Origin: Candidatus Cloacimonadales bacterium
GTDB taxonomy: Bacteria; Cloacimonadota; Cloacimonadia; Cloacimonadales; JAFGVF01
Length of the DNA stretch: 64,000 nucleotides
NCBI GenBank assembly: GCA_963663475.2
Contig: CAXXJV010000001.1
Span: 2,048,001-2,112,000, forward strand
Direction: 5' to 3'
In this document: piece by piece, positions 10,909-22,000 of the stretch
Position numbering within the stretch: the stretch's first letter is position 1
Layout of the letters: each line of letters begins with the position of its first letter
Notes under the pieces: generated by a model
The model's database searches: none
What the model was told of the DNA's origin: nothing
Seen by the model: the letters and a program-made list of their open reading frames with translations, nothing else
Translations under genes and position numbers: made by a program

Positions 10909-11856
10909 ATGAAAATAAGTGGATTTTCCTTTGTAAGGAATGGATCAAAACTTTATTATCCAGTAGTAGAATCTATTAAATCAATTCTACCTATATGTGA
11001 TGAATTTGTCATTGCTGTAGGTAAAGGAGATGAGGATGATGATACTAGGGAAAGAATTGCTGCTATTGGCGATCCCAAGATTAGAATTATTGATACTGAA
11101 TGGGAAGAAAAATATTATAAAAAAGGCGTAATTAATGGGATGCAAACAAATATAGCCAAAGAAGAATGCTCTGGTGATTGGCTATTTTATGTTCAAGCTG
11201 ATGAGGTCGTTCATGAAAAATATCTTCCAGTGATTAAAAAGCGTTGTCAAGAATTACTTAATGTTGATGAGGTTGATGGACTTCTCTTTAACTATAAACA
11301 CTTTTGGGGAGATTATAATCATTATCACACAGGCCACGGATGGTATCCACATGAAATAAGAATTATCAAAAATAAAGCAGATATCTATTCATGGCAATCA
11401 GCCCAGTCTTTTAGACGTTATGACTATTATGATAATCCCAGACAAGCAGAAGGAACTCATAAGATAAATGTTGCTAAAGTTGATGCTGAAATCTTCCATT
11501 ATGGTTGGGTTAGACCTCCTCATTTAATGCAAAATAAAAGAAAGGCACTAGATAGTGTTCATTGGGGAAAAGGCAGAGCTCAAGAATATTATGATAAAGC
11601 TCCTAAAGAGTTTGACTATGGTCCTTTAGATCGTTTAGGGACATTTACTGGTAGTCACCCAAAAGTTATGGAAAAGATGATTTCTGATTTTAACTGGTCG
11701 GATAAATTGCAAATGACAGGTAAACCAAATCCTTACCGAGAATTACATAAGCATGAGCTTTTTAAGTATAGGTTGCTTAGCTGGTTAGAGAAATACTTCA
11801 ACAATGGAAAACAGATTGGTGGATTCCGAAATTACAAGCTTCTGAAAAAATATTAA
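10909..11856 (+). CDS. Glycosyltransferase family 2
   Basis: SGFSFVRNG, DWLFYVQADE, FHYGWVRPP. ATG at 10909 preferred over the TTG at 10900. Confidence 0.85.
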   Translation: MKISGFSFVRNGSKLYYPVVESIKSILPICDEFVIAVGKGDEDDDTRERIAAIGDPKIRIIDTEWEEKYYKKGVINGMQTNIAKEECSGDWLFYVQADEVVHEKYLPVIKKRCQELLNVDEVDGLLFNYKHFWGDYNHYHTGHGWYPHEIRIIKNKADIYSWQSAQSFRRYDYYDNPRQAEGTHKINVAKVDAEIFHYGWVRPPHLMQNKRKALDSVHWGKGRAQEYYDKAPKEFDYGPLDRLGTFTGSHPKVMEKMISDFNWSDKLQMTGKPNPYRELHKHELFKYRLLSWLEKYFNNGKQIGGFRNYKLLKKY

Positions 11857-12596
11857 TGATAAGTGTAGCAGTTATAGTAAAGAACGAGGAAAAAAACTTA
11901 CCTAGAATGCTGAAGAGTATTGCTTGGGTTGATGAGATAGTTGTTTTAGATACTGGATCTCAAGATTCAACAATGGAGATAGCTAGACAAGCTTCCTGTA
12001 AAGTTTATCAAAGCCAATGGTTAGGTTTTGGGAAATGCAAACAATTGGCAGTTGATTATTGTACGAATGATTGGATTCTATCGCTTGATGCTGATGAAGT
12101 TGTAACAGCTGAACTAAAAAAGAAAATTCAAGATATTATAAGTAAGGAGTCTAGCTTTGCAGGTTATAGGATTAAAAGAAAGTCTTTTTACTTAAATAAA
12201 CTGATAAATCATTGTGGCTGGAACCATGATTATACTCTTAGATTGTTTAAGAAAGATCAAGGTAGATTCAATACTAAACTTGTCCATGAATCTGTGCAAA
12301 TAGATGGTGAAATAGGCTATATTCAAGAACACTTATTACATTATACATACCCCACAATAAATAGTCATCTTACTAAAATGATGCTTTATTCTGATTTGGC
12401 TGCTACTTCTTTAAAGGCAAAAAACAAAAGAGTAGGGCTATTATCAGCCTACCATAAAGGGGTATGGAAGTTTTGGAAGATGTATCTCTTTCAATTAGGT
12501 TTCCTGGATGGGAAAGTTGGTTTCATTCTTTCTTTAAATTCTGCTATGGGAGTTTTTTGGAAGTATGCAAAAGTCTGGGAGGTTAACCAGAAATGA
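11856..12596 (+). CDS. GT2 glycosyltransferase (WaaE/KdtX-like)
   Basis: IVKNEE, DTGSQD, WILSLDADE, VHE, GFLDG. Confidence 0.85.
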   Translation: MISVAVIVKNEEKNLPRMLKSIAWVDEIVVLDTGSQDSTMEIARQASCKVYQSQWLGFGKCKQLAVDYCTNDWILSLDADEVVTAELKKKIQDIISKESSFAGYRIKRKSFYLNKLINHCGWNHDYTLRLFKKDQGRFNTKLVHESVQIDGEIGYIQEHLLHYTYPTINSHLTKMMLYSDLAATSLKAKNKRVGLLSAYHKGVWKFWKMYLFQLGFLDGKVGFILSLNSAMGVFWKYAKVWEVNQK

Positions 12597-13666
12597 TATT
12601 TCATCTTGATACAGAGACTGAATGGCGGGGAGGACAGCAACAAGCTATATATCTGATTGAAGGGCTACTGAAAGAAGAAATTCCTCTTATGCTAATATGT
12701 AGAAAAGACTCAAAATTATATGATTATGCTCAAAAAAATCAGATTCCCACAGAGACACTAGCATTACGTTCTGAATATGATTTACTATCTGCTCTTGCTT
12801 TGAAAAGATTGATAGTAAAACACAAGGCTAAAGTTTTACATTGCCATAACTCTCATGCTTTAGGTTTAGGGATTTTAACAAAATTCTTTATAAAAATTCC
12901 ACTTGTCGCTTCCAGGAGAGTTGACTTTCCTCTTAAAAAGAACATTTTTTCTCAGTACAAGTACAGAAGTAAGAAGTTAGATAAGTTAATCTGTATTTCA
13001 GATAACATTAGACGAATAGTTAGACAATCCAAGATACCCAAGGACAAAATTATAACTATTAGGTCTGCTATTGATATAACAAAGGCAGATAGATTAGGTC
13101 ATAGGGAAAATGTTGAAAGTGAATTATCTGCTGGCGATTTTATTATCGGTACAGTAGCTGCCCTGACAGGACATAAAGATTATCCAACCTTAATAGAAGC
13201 TGCTGAAATTGTAATTAGAGAGAGAAGTCAGGTTAAGTTTCTTGCTATTGGAGATGGTAAATTAGCTGAAGATTTGCAATTACTAATTGCTAGTAAAGGT
13301 CTTCAGGATAAATTTATATTATTAGGTTACAAAACAAATGTTTATGATTATCTTAAGAGATTTGATATATTTGTGCTAGCTTCAAAACTTGAGGGCTTAG
13401 GAACAAGTGTAATAGATGCTTTAGCTTGTGGAAAAGCTATTGTTGCAACAAAAGCTGGAGGAATTCCTGAAATGATTGTTGATGGTGTCAATGGTTTATT
13501 AGTTGAAAAGCAAAATCCCCAAGCTTTGGCTAAGAGTTTAATTAAGTTAGTAGATGATTCTAATCTAAGAGATAAGCTTAGTAAAGAAGCCAAAGCCTCG
13601 GCAAAACTATTTGATATAACAAAATTAGTGGAAGACCATATCTCTCTCTATAAAAGGTTATCTTAA
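12593..13666 (+). CDS. GT4 glycosyltransferase
   Basis: WRGGQQQ, SRRVDF, EGLGTSVIDA, GGIPE. Confidence 0.88.
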   Translation: MIFHLDTETEWRGGQQQAIYLIEGLLKEEIPLMLICRKDSKLYDYAQKNQIPTETLALRSEYDLLSALALKRLIVKHKAKVLHCHNSHALGLGILTKFFIKIPLVASRRVDFPLKKNIFSQYKYRSKKLDKLICISDNIRRIVRQSKIPKDKIITIRSAIDITKADRLGHRENVESELSAGDFIIGTVAALTGHKDYPTLIEAAEIVIRERSQVKFLAIGDGKLAEDLQLLIASKGLQDKFILLGYKTNVYDYLKRFDIFVLASKLEGLGTSVIDALACGKAIVATKAGGIPEMIVDGVNGLLVEKQNPQALAKSLIKLVDDSNLRDKLSKEAKASAKLFDITKLVEDHISLYKRLS

Positions 13667-13668
13667 GA

Positions 13669-14703
13669 ATGATAAAGAAAATATTAATCGTACAGACTGC
13701 TTTTATAGGTGATGTAATATTGATTACCCCCTTGATTAGAGAAACCAAAAAAATCTTTCCCCAAGCTCAAATTGATGTTTTAGTTGCAAAAGGTAACCAG
13801 ACTATTCTTGAGAATAATCCTTACATAAATCAAATAATAACAAGTGATAAGAAAAGTATTAGTGATTATTTTAAATGCCTTTTTATACTCTTTAGAAATA
13901 AATATGATCTTGCTCTTACCCCTCATAGATCTGCTAGAAGTCTATCCCTGATATTCTTAGCTGGGATTAAGGTGAGAATAGGTTTTAACAGAGATATCTT
14001 TAGGCATCTCCTTACTTGTAAAATGCGACATCCTCAAAAGGTTCATAAAGCAAAGAAAAATCTAGAACTTTTATCTCCCTTTATCTCAGATAAATTTCCT
14101 AAGTTACAAGTTTCTGATTATCCTCTAACTTATGATGATCTTGATTGGTCCTCAGAGTTATTCCCCTCTGAAACAGATTGCCAGGCAAGTAGTCAATACT
14201 TAAAAGCAAAGAAAAATCTTGCTATAGCTCCTGGTTCTGTTTGGAATACTAAAAGATGGAGTAAAGAAAACTATATTAAACTTGTTAAGAAATTATCCAA
14301 GCATGGTTTTAATCTGATTTTTATTGGAAGTAAAGGCGAGAAAGACTTAGCACAGGAAATAATTAATCAAGCAAATATAGAAGCTTATAATACCTGTGGA
14401 GACTTATCAATTCTAGAATCTGCAGGCCTTATTGCCCAGTGCCATGCCCTTATATGTAATGATAGTGGAGCCTTACATATTGGTAATGCAGTTGCTACTC
14501 CCGTCTTTGCTTTCTTCGGACCTACAGTCAAAAGGTTCGGTTACTTCCCCTATAGAGAAAATGATTACTTATTCGAAATAGACTTAGAATGCCGTCCTTG
14601 TGGTATGCATGGTCATAAACAATGCCCTTTAGGACATCATAAGTGTATGAAATTGATTGATGTTGATTTCGTTTTTAAGAAAATATATGATTATTTAGCT
14701 TAG
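13669..14703 (+). CDS. waaF: GT9 LPS heptosyltransferase II-like
   Basis: QTAFIGDVIL, APGSVWNTKRW, NDSGALH, FGPT, C-terminal CRPC...C...C. Confidence 0.75.
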   Translation: MIKKILIVQTAFIGDVILITPLIRETKKIFPQAQIDVLVAKGNQTILENNPYINQIITSDKKSISDYFKCLFILFRNKYDLALTPHRSARSLSLIFLAGIKVRIGFNRDIFRHLLTCKMRHPQKVHKAKKNLELLSPFISDKFPKLQVSDYPLTYDDLDWSSELFPSETDCQASSQYLKAKKNLAIAPGSVWNTKRWSKENYIKLVKKLSKHGFNLIFIGSKGEKDLAQEIINQANIEAYNTCGDLSILESAGLIAQCHALICNDSGALHIGNAVATPVFAFFGPTVKRFGYFPYRENDYLFEIDLECRPCGMHGHKQCPLGHHKCMKLIDVDFVFKKIYDYLA

Positions 14704-15545
14704 TTTCTAATCCGATAAATAGAAAGTTCATCATCATCTTTTCTATTATCAAGGCCATATTTACAGAAATAGTATCCAGACTGATATTTTTTTAGATTGT
14801 CCTGATAATACTTTTTATTTTTTCTGCTTCCATCATGATTCTCTGGATGATAGAGATGAATTGCATAGTCTTTCCTAAAGGGATAATAACCATGGATACC
14901 TATATTCGCAAGTCTTCTACCTAAATCATCATCTTCATTACCCCAGAAGACAAAGTTTTCATCAAAACCATTTATTTTTACTAAATTCTTTTTGTAAGTT
15001 GCAAAGCAACCACCTCTTAATTTAACACCTCTTTTTCTTAAATGAAGTTTGTTTAGAAAATAATAAAACTGCTCTTTTCTGAATTGTTTTTTTAACTTTA
15101 AAAACTGCTGGGTTGTAATAATATTTTTGTAATCAAAATTTGCTATTTTATCTAAGGAAAGTTGGTCAAGTTGTCTTTGGTTAGTCCTAACAGGAAGACT
15201 TACTAGGAAGTTGTTTTCCTTTAAATTTTTGCTAATAGTCTCAAGATAATTTTGAGAAGTTATAATATCTTGATCTAAAAAGACAATAAGGTCATTACTC
15301 GCTAATCTAATACCGTTATTCTTACAACTAGCTAGTCTAAAACCCTTATCAGCTTGTTGGCAAAAGATTAAAGAGAAATGATAATCATGGGCATTTTGAG
15401 ATACAATTGTTCTAATATCTTCTTGTGAACCATCATCTGTAAGAATAACCTCATCTGGTAATAGTGATTGATTATTCAAAGAAGTCAAGCACTTGAGCAA
15501 ATGACTACTGTTATTATAAACTGAGATGATTACAGTTATTTTCAT
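14700..15545 (-). CDS. GT2 glycosyltransferase
   Basis: DDGS, FLDQD, NGFDENFVFWGNEDDD, HLYH. Confidence 0.85.
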   Translation of the reverse strand: MKITVIISVYNNSSHLLKCLTSLNNQSLLPDEVILTDDGSQEDIRTIVSQNAHDYHFSLIFCQQADKGFRLASCKNNGIRLASNDLIVFLDQDIITSQNYLETISKNLKENNFLVSLPVRTNQRQLDQLSLDKIANFDYKNIITTQQFLKLKKQFRKEQFYYFLNKLHLRKRGVKLRGGCFATYKKNLVKINGFDENFVFWGNEDDDLGRRLANIGIHGYYPFRKDYAIHLYHPENHDGSRKNKKYYQDNLKKYQSGYYFCKYGLDNRKDDDELSIYRIRN

Positions 15546-15547
15546 GC

Positions 15548-16153
15548 TTATCCCTTTGTATTATAAGGTATTTCAATATCAGTTAACCGAGAATTACTTG
15601 GATCTAAGGCCCAATCCCAATTCTTAACAGGTATTCTCCAGTTTTCTCCATACTTGGTGATGATGTATTTTTCAGGATTCTCGGGTACAGAAACCCTAAT
15701 ACCTTGGAAGATAGATTGACTTAGCGAGAAAGAATCATAATAATACTTAATCATACGTCTGTATCTTTTACCATCTTTTTTAAAACCTTGCCAAGCAGCA
15801 TGCCAAAGTTTATCTCCTTCTTTATAGAAGAAAAAGAGGTCTATTTTATGCTGGTCTCTACTCAAGGTGAGTTCAAGCCCTAAATCTCTGAAACCTAGTT
15901 TTCTTACTAATTTCCAACCTTTATCTTCAAGGTGTACTAGTAAATCTGGTTTATAATCATCAATAAAGACGCCTAGATCCATATCCATATCATGTCCAAT
16001 AAAATCTTTTTCTCTATAATATCCTAATAGGGTTCCATCGGTTAACCAAGCTTGAATATTTTCCTGTTCAAGATCATGTAACATTTTTTCAAGAACTTTA
16101 ATTGCTATTGTTTTATCGAATATTGCTTTCTTACTTTTTTTAAATATGGACAT
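15548..16153 (-). CDS. LicD/fukutin-family phosphotransferase
   Basis: GTLLGYYR, HDMDMDLG, IDLFFF, YGENWRIP. Confidence 0.85.
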   Translation of the reverse strand: MSIFKKSKKAIFDKTIAIKVLEKMLHDLEQENIQAWLTDGTLLGYYREKDFIGHDMDMDLGVFIDDYKPDLLVHLEDKGWKLVRKLGFRDLGLELTLSRDQHKIDLFFFYKEGDKLWHAAWQGFKKDGKRYRRMIKYYYDSFSLSQSIFQGIRVSVPENPEKYIITKYGENWRIPVKNWDWALDPSNSRLTDIEIPYNTKG

Positions 16154-16294
16154 ATTTTTTTCCTCATGATTTAATTATTTACCTAATAATATTGGTCCTT
16201 GAGCAGGTCAAGTAATTTTCATTCTTGCTAAGTAAGAGAAAGGTATTCTACAAAATTGTTGACATAAGCCTTGCAGGAGAAATAACTGTTATAA

Positions 16295-16360
16295 AGCCAA
16301 TAAGGCAGTAAATCTTTGAGTATATACAGTCACCTCTAAAGGTCTACTGCACCATTGGGA
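16295..16360 (+). mobile_element. MITE-like element, short copy B
   Basis: AGCCAATAAGGCAGTAAATCTTTG ... AAAGGTCTACTGCACCATTGGGA. Confidence 0.6.
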
Positions 16361-16429
16361 TAAAAAATGAAAAGGAATCTTGATAATGAGGCAATTAGCC
16401 TACAAGTATTTTCAAGGTGTCAAGTAGAT

Positions 16430-17173
16430 ATGTCAGAATTAATAGATATTCATTGTCATTTATATCAGGTTAATAAGCAAAGCTTAGATATAAGTAGCTA
16501 CCAGACTAATCCTAATATTATAGCTGTTTCTACTGCTTTAAATCAAGTAGAGATTAACTGGCATCTTGAGCAGAAGATAAAGTATTGGTTTGCAGGTCTT
16601 CATCCTCAAGAATGGTCTTTAACAGAAGATAAAATAAAAGAGTTTCTTGATAATCTTCCTTATGAAAAGCTTGTGGGAATTGGCGAAATTGGACTTGATA
16701 AAAGATATAAGAATTTAAAGAAACAGATTAATCTCCTTGCTAAGCAAATGCAAATATCTTTAGAAAGGAGACTGCCAAGTCTTTACCATTTAGTGGGTCA
16801 TGAGTATGAATTTATTAAAGTACATAAAGAAATGAAGCTAGATAAGATGAAGATATTACATGGTTTTCATTCATCATTTGAAGTATATAAAGAGTTGGAT
16901 AAATTAGGTTTTTATTTCTCTTTAAGTGAAAGGATTCTCTCTAATTCCAAACATAAAACTACAATAAATGAGATTATTAAGAGTAGAAGATATTTTTTAG
17001 AAAGTGATGCAGCAGATGGTGGATCTCTAATGCAGGTAAAAATAATTGCAAATCAGCTAGAAAGTACTTATAATATAAATAAAGAAGAGATTATGCAAGT
17101 TTCAATTATTAACTTTAGAAAACTTGTAAAGGAGACTAGTGAATCAATATCAGAGATCAAGTTTAATAATTAA
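16430..17173 (+). CDS. TatD-family hydrolase
   Basis: IDIHCH, GLHP, IGEIGLD, LHGF, LESD. The start at 16430 fits the family better than 16367. Confidence 0.85.
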   Translation: MSELIDIHCHLYQVNKQSLDISSYQTNPNIIAVSTALNQVEINWHLEQKIKYWFAGLHPQEWSLTEDKIKEFLDNLPYEKLVGIGEIGLDKRYKNLKKQINLLAKQMQISLERRLPSLYHLVGHEYEFIKVHKEMKLDKMKILHGFHSSFEVYKELDKLGFYFSLSERILSNSKHKTTINEIIKSRRYFLESDAADGGSLMQVKIIANQLESTYNINKEEIMQVSIINFRKLVKETSESISEIKFNN

Positions 17174-17873
17174 CGAAGAATCCCTCTTAAGTTTTCAAGA
17201 CAAGACAATACTAGTGGTGGGATTAGGAGGAGTTGGAGGCTATGCAGTTGAGGGATTAGCTAGGGCTGGATTTAAGAAGTTTATTCTAGTAGATTTCGAT
17301 AGTATCAGCCTTAGTAATATTAATCGACAGATTATAGCACTTCATAGCACTATTGGAAGATTAAAGAGTGAAGTCTTTAAGGAAAGAGTACTTGATATTA
17401 ATCCTAATTCAAATGTAGAGATAGTTACAGGTTTCTTTGATGAAGAATTAAGGAGTAAGCTTTTAGATAGGGCGGATTATGTAGTCGATGCAATAGATAG
17501 TTTAGGTCCTAAAGTTGGTCTATTAGAAGATTGTTACAATAAGCAGATAAAGGTAATTTCTAGTATGGGAGCAGGAAATAGATTAGATCCTAGTAAGATA
17601 AAGATTGCAGATTTATCTAAGAGTAAAAATTGTACTTTAGCTTCTCGGGTCAGAAAGTACTTACGGAAGCGAGGAATTACCAAAGGAATTCCAGTTGTTT
17701 ATTCAGATGAGTTACCAATAAAAGATTATCTTAAAGAGGGAAGAGGAAAGGCTCAAGAGACAAACACCAGAGGAAGAGATAGGACATTAGTTGGTTCAAT
17801 CTCTTATTACCCTGCTATCATGGGCATGATGATGGCTTCCCATGTAATCAGATATTATATTGAAGAGAGATAG
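17139..17873 (+). CDS. tcdA: tRNA threonylcarbamoyladenosine dehydratase (ThiF/E1 family)
   Basis: VGLGGVGG, SNINRQ, VDAID, SMGAG, VYSDE; GTG start. Confidence 0.85.
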   Translation: MNQYQRSSLIINEESLLSFQDKTILVVGLGGVGGYAVEGLARAGFKKFILVDFDSISLSNINRQIIALHSTIGRLKSEVFKERVLDINPNSNVEIVTGFFDEELRSKLLDRADYVVDAIDSLGPKVGLLEDCYNKQIKVISSMGAGNRLDPSKIKIADLSKSKNCTLASRVRKYLRKRGITKGIPVVYSDELPIKDYLKEGRGKAQETNTRGRDRTLVGSISYYPAIMGMMMASHVIRYYIEER

Positions 17874-17876
17874 ATT

Positions 17877-19067
17877 ATGCGAGAAGTTGACCTGTATTCA
17901 ATCTGGGCTAAGCAAAGTTTAAACCATGATTTGTATACAACTTCAGGTCAAGCAGTACGGGTTATTTATCCTGGAAATCTCAACACAGATAGGGGGGCAG
18001 ATTTTAAAGATGCTTTCTTGAGAATTGGTAATGAAGAATTTCATGGTGATGTAGAAATTCATGTAAAAAAAGGTGATTGGCTTCAACATAAACATCAAGT
18101 GGATCCAGAATATAATAAGGTTATCCTGCATTTAATTTGGGAAAATGATAATAGTCAGATTTTTACACAAGCTAAAAGAGAGATTCCCACAGTTTTATTG
18201 TCAGAATTTTTTCTTCCTAATCCAGAAGTTGAAGCAAAGCTAGCCTACAATTGCCATTTTTTTAGTGGCTTAGATAAGCTACAGTTAAACTATTTACTTT
18301 TTAGTTATGGTCGTAACAGACTAAGGGAGAAAGCTGATCATATCAGGCAAGCATCTTATCTTGAACCTTATGAAGATACTATTTATAGGGTAATTGCAGA
18401 GTCTTTAGGATCTCCTAATAACAAACTTGGCATGAAGTTGCTTGCTGAGAGAATAAAAAAAAGAGATTTACAGGCAATAAGCAAAGCAAAGTTAGAATCT
18501 TATATTGAAAAGATTATCAAAGAGATTGGCCTAGGTCCTGGGCAGGTAGGAGTAAAGGAAGTTTGGCAAAAGTTTAGAGTTAGACCAGCATCACAGCCAA
18601 TTAAAAGAGTCAGAGAGTTTATTAACATTAGGTGGTCTTTAAGGAATGATAACCTTGCCATTATTTTATGGGAGATTTATCTTAAATCAAATAGTATTAA
18701 AGAAGTTTTATTGGGGATAGATGAAATATTAAACAAGAACTTGCCTGCTAGCAAACTTGGTCAGCAGATTATCAGAATAATAACCTATAATTCTATCTTA
18801 CCTTTTTTATATTCCATGATTTATACATCTCAAGATAAAAAAAATCTTGCCAAAATTGACCACTATATAAAAGAATTTCCTAGGATAGGTAATAATCGAG
18901 TTATAAATACATTTATGAGCAAGATAAGTGCTTATCAGAGTAAAAACTTGATTTGTAGAGAAGTCTATTATCAAGGACTTTATTACTTAATGAATAATTA
19001 TTGTCGGAGGCATGATTGCCAATTATGTCATCAAGAGAAAGAAGAATACTTAACAATAAGAGAATAA
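17877..19067 (+). CDS. DUF2851-like protein
   Basis: PGNLNTDRGADF, GDVEIH, WLQHKHQ.DP.YN.VILH, VRPASQP, C-terminal C-x4-C-x2-C. Confidence 0.75.
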   Translation: MREVDLYSIWAKQSLNHDLYTTSGQAVRVIYPGNLNTDRGADFKDAFLRIGNEEFHGDVEIHVKKGDWLQHKHQVDPEYNKVILHLIWENDNSQIFTQAKREIPTVLLSEFFLPNPEVEAKLAYNCHFFSGLDKLQLNYLLFSYGRNRLREKADHIRQASYLEPYEDTIYRVIAESLGSPNNKLGMKLLAERIKKRDLQAISKAKLESYIEKIIKEIGLGPGQVGVKEVWQKFRVRPASQPIKRVREFINIRWSLRNDNLAIILWEIYLKSNSIKEVLLGIDEILNKNLPASKLGQQIIRIITYNSILPFLYSMIYTSQDKKNLAKIDHYIKEFPRIGNNRVINTFMSKISAYQSKNLICREVYYQGLYYLMNNYCRRHDCQLCHQEKEEYLTIRE

Positions 19068-19070
19068 TCA

Positions 19071-22000
19071 ATGAAAGAACTTTCGACTGGAAATAAGAAA
19101 AACGAACTAGTAGATATGCTGACAAGGTATTATGTTCATATTATCAGGTCAGATACCCAGATTAAGAAGAATGAAATAGATATTTTATATCCTTTGCTAT
19201 TGAACCTTTTCAAAGATCTACCTATTTCTTGGGAGGTTTATGTAAAAGAGATAATGAATGAGGATTATGATTTAGGTAAGGTAATAAGCTTTCTCAACCA
19301 TAATTTAAATCAATTAGATAAGATCAGGGTTATTTTAACTTTAATTATTATGGCCTTTTCTGATAGTGATTTTGAGATTTATGAAATATCATCTATTCAA
19401 TCAATGATGAAATTCTTCAAGATTGAAGGTTCTGGTTTTATGGATTTGATGAGAAATCTGGAACTAAGAACAACAGCTCCATTGCGAATTACAGATATAT
19501 CTTCTATTTTCCAGTTTGAAAATTCACTTTTTACTGATTATCTTGTGATTGGCAAGTCTCAACGTTGTAATATGCGATTTAAGGATCAGAATATTGCAAA
19601 TATAGAACTAGTTCTTTTTGGAATAGATAACAATTATTTTCTACTAACTGGGCAGAAACCAAGTGTTAAGTTAAGCGGTAATGAATTAAGAGCCAATCAT
19701 ATATATTATGTGCCAGCTGAAAGCACTCTAGAGGTTCAAAAGTTAAAGTTTAATACAGCATTTGTTAAGAAATTGATGCAGAATATAGATAATAGTGATG
19801 TGATTAACTTCACAAAAGCTGATTATGATTTTAAAATAACATGTGACCATAACAAATTTTACTTAAATGTAAGAAGGGGTTATCTTTACAGGAATGGAAA
19901 ATCTATATCCTATAATCGAGATGTCCAAATATTTTGGGATGATAAGTTAAGAATCAAAGGCTATGCAGCCTTTTCCCTGATAGATGTTTTAGATGAAAAA
20001 GAGAGAATAGGAATAGATGATATTGTACCTGACGTAATTTATCTGAATTTAGATAATGGATTTTACAGCTTAGTTAAGCACCCTAGCGATAAGGCGATAG
20101 CTCAAATTGAGAATCGGGAAAAGGGTTATCACTTTATCCCCTTGAAGAAGAACTTAAACTTTCTTATTAATGGAGAGATTCTTGTAGGTGAGAAGATTAT
20201 TCATCTGAATGAAGATATTATTACGATAGAGGATGCTAAGGGAAGTCATTTGAGTCTGGATAAGCTTTCTAAGACAAAGGATAAGAAACTTGGACGTCAT
20301 CTGAGAAATAAAGTAAAACATCAATTTAGGAATAGTAAAAACTTTAATTTTAGAATTAATAATTTCTTTGATTTAGTAGAGGTTCCTTTTGAAATTAATA
20401 ATCTTGAGATAACGGCTGTTAAACATTTCCATAATGATAACACAATAGGACTTGATAATATTTCCTTTAATGCTAAGAGGGGCGAGCTAATTGGTATTTT
20501 AGGTCCTTCTGGTTGTGGTAAATCAACCCTTTTGAAGGCGATAGTAGCAGAATTTCAACCTTCTCATGGAAAAATTGAAGTAGATGGGAAATTGTTGTTT
20601 AAGCACAGGTCAGAGTTAATGCAGTATTTTGGTTATGTTCCCCAGGAAGATATGATTTTTGCCAACTTAACAGTTTTTGAGAATATGTATTTTTATGGTC
20701 GTTTAAGGATGCCTAATGTTCCTCAGAATCAGTTAATACTAAAAATAGATAATATCCTTAATCAGGTTACTTTAGCTCATAAACGCAACACGTTAGTGGG
20801 TGATGATTCTAATAAGATTTTAAGTGGTGGCCAGAGGAAGAGGTTAAATATTGCTTTAGAACTACTTTTTGAGCCTATTGTTTTGGTCTGTGATGAACCA
20901 ACTTCAGGTTTATCATCTTTTGATGCAGAGCAGATTATTGAACTTCTTCATGAGCAGAGAAGGCAAAATAGAATAGTTATTATAACTGTACATCAGCCAA
21001 ATGCTTATATCTTTAAAAAGTTTTCCAAAGTATTATTGATGGATAATGGGGGAAAGGAAGTTTATTTTGGGTCACCTACCCAGGCTTTCTCTTATTTTCA
21101 AGAAGAGGTTGATATAATCAAGTTTCGTAAAACATTGCTTGAGCAAAAGGTTAAGGATGCTAATCCAGACTTCTTTTATGATATAATTCTCTTTCCAGAA
21201 TATGATACTAGAGGAAATATAAAATTTGAACAGATAAATCAACAGGTAGTAACTAAACGTAAGTTTTCTTCTGAGTACTGGCGTGATAAGTATAAACGGA
21301 AGATTTTATTTCAATTAATTACAAAAGAGGATAGTTTAGAAGACTTACAGATTGACAAGAAAAAAATTAAGTATAGGAAGAAGTTAACCTTTTATGCAAG
21401 ATTTGTTCAGTTTACTACTTACTTACACAGGAATTTAGTAAATAAACTTAGAAACAAAACTAATTTACTGATAACTTTTTTAGAAGCTCCTCTGCTTGCC
21501 CTTATTGTTGCTTATATTTTAAGGTTAGCTCCAACAAGCGAGACTTATTCTTTCTATGAAAATACTAATATTACTCTTTATCTTTTCGTGAGTATAATCA
21601 TTTTCATTTTCTTTGGTATGACTAATAGTATCCATGAAGTTCTAGAGGAAAGAAAGTTCATCCTAAGGGAGAAGGTCAGGAATCTGAAGATTTCTCATTA
21701 CCAAATATCAAAATTTATGGTATTAAGTATCTTTACCTTAGTACAAGCCCTCTTGTTTCACTTTATATCTGCAACAGTTTTAGATATTAAGGGTTTTTTC
21801 ATTTTAAATGTGGTTTATTTCACACTTTCAGGTTTGATAGGTCTTTCTATCGGACTCTTATTTTCCACCTTCATCAATGACACTAAGGGAATAATTAATA
21901 TTTTACCATTGATTTTAATCCCCCAGATTATTTTTGGAGGAGCCGTTATCCAATTTGACAAGATGAATAGGAACCTAACGATATTGAAACAAAATCCTAT

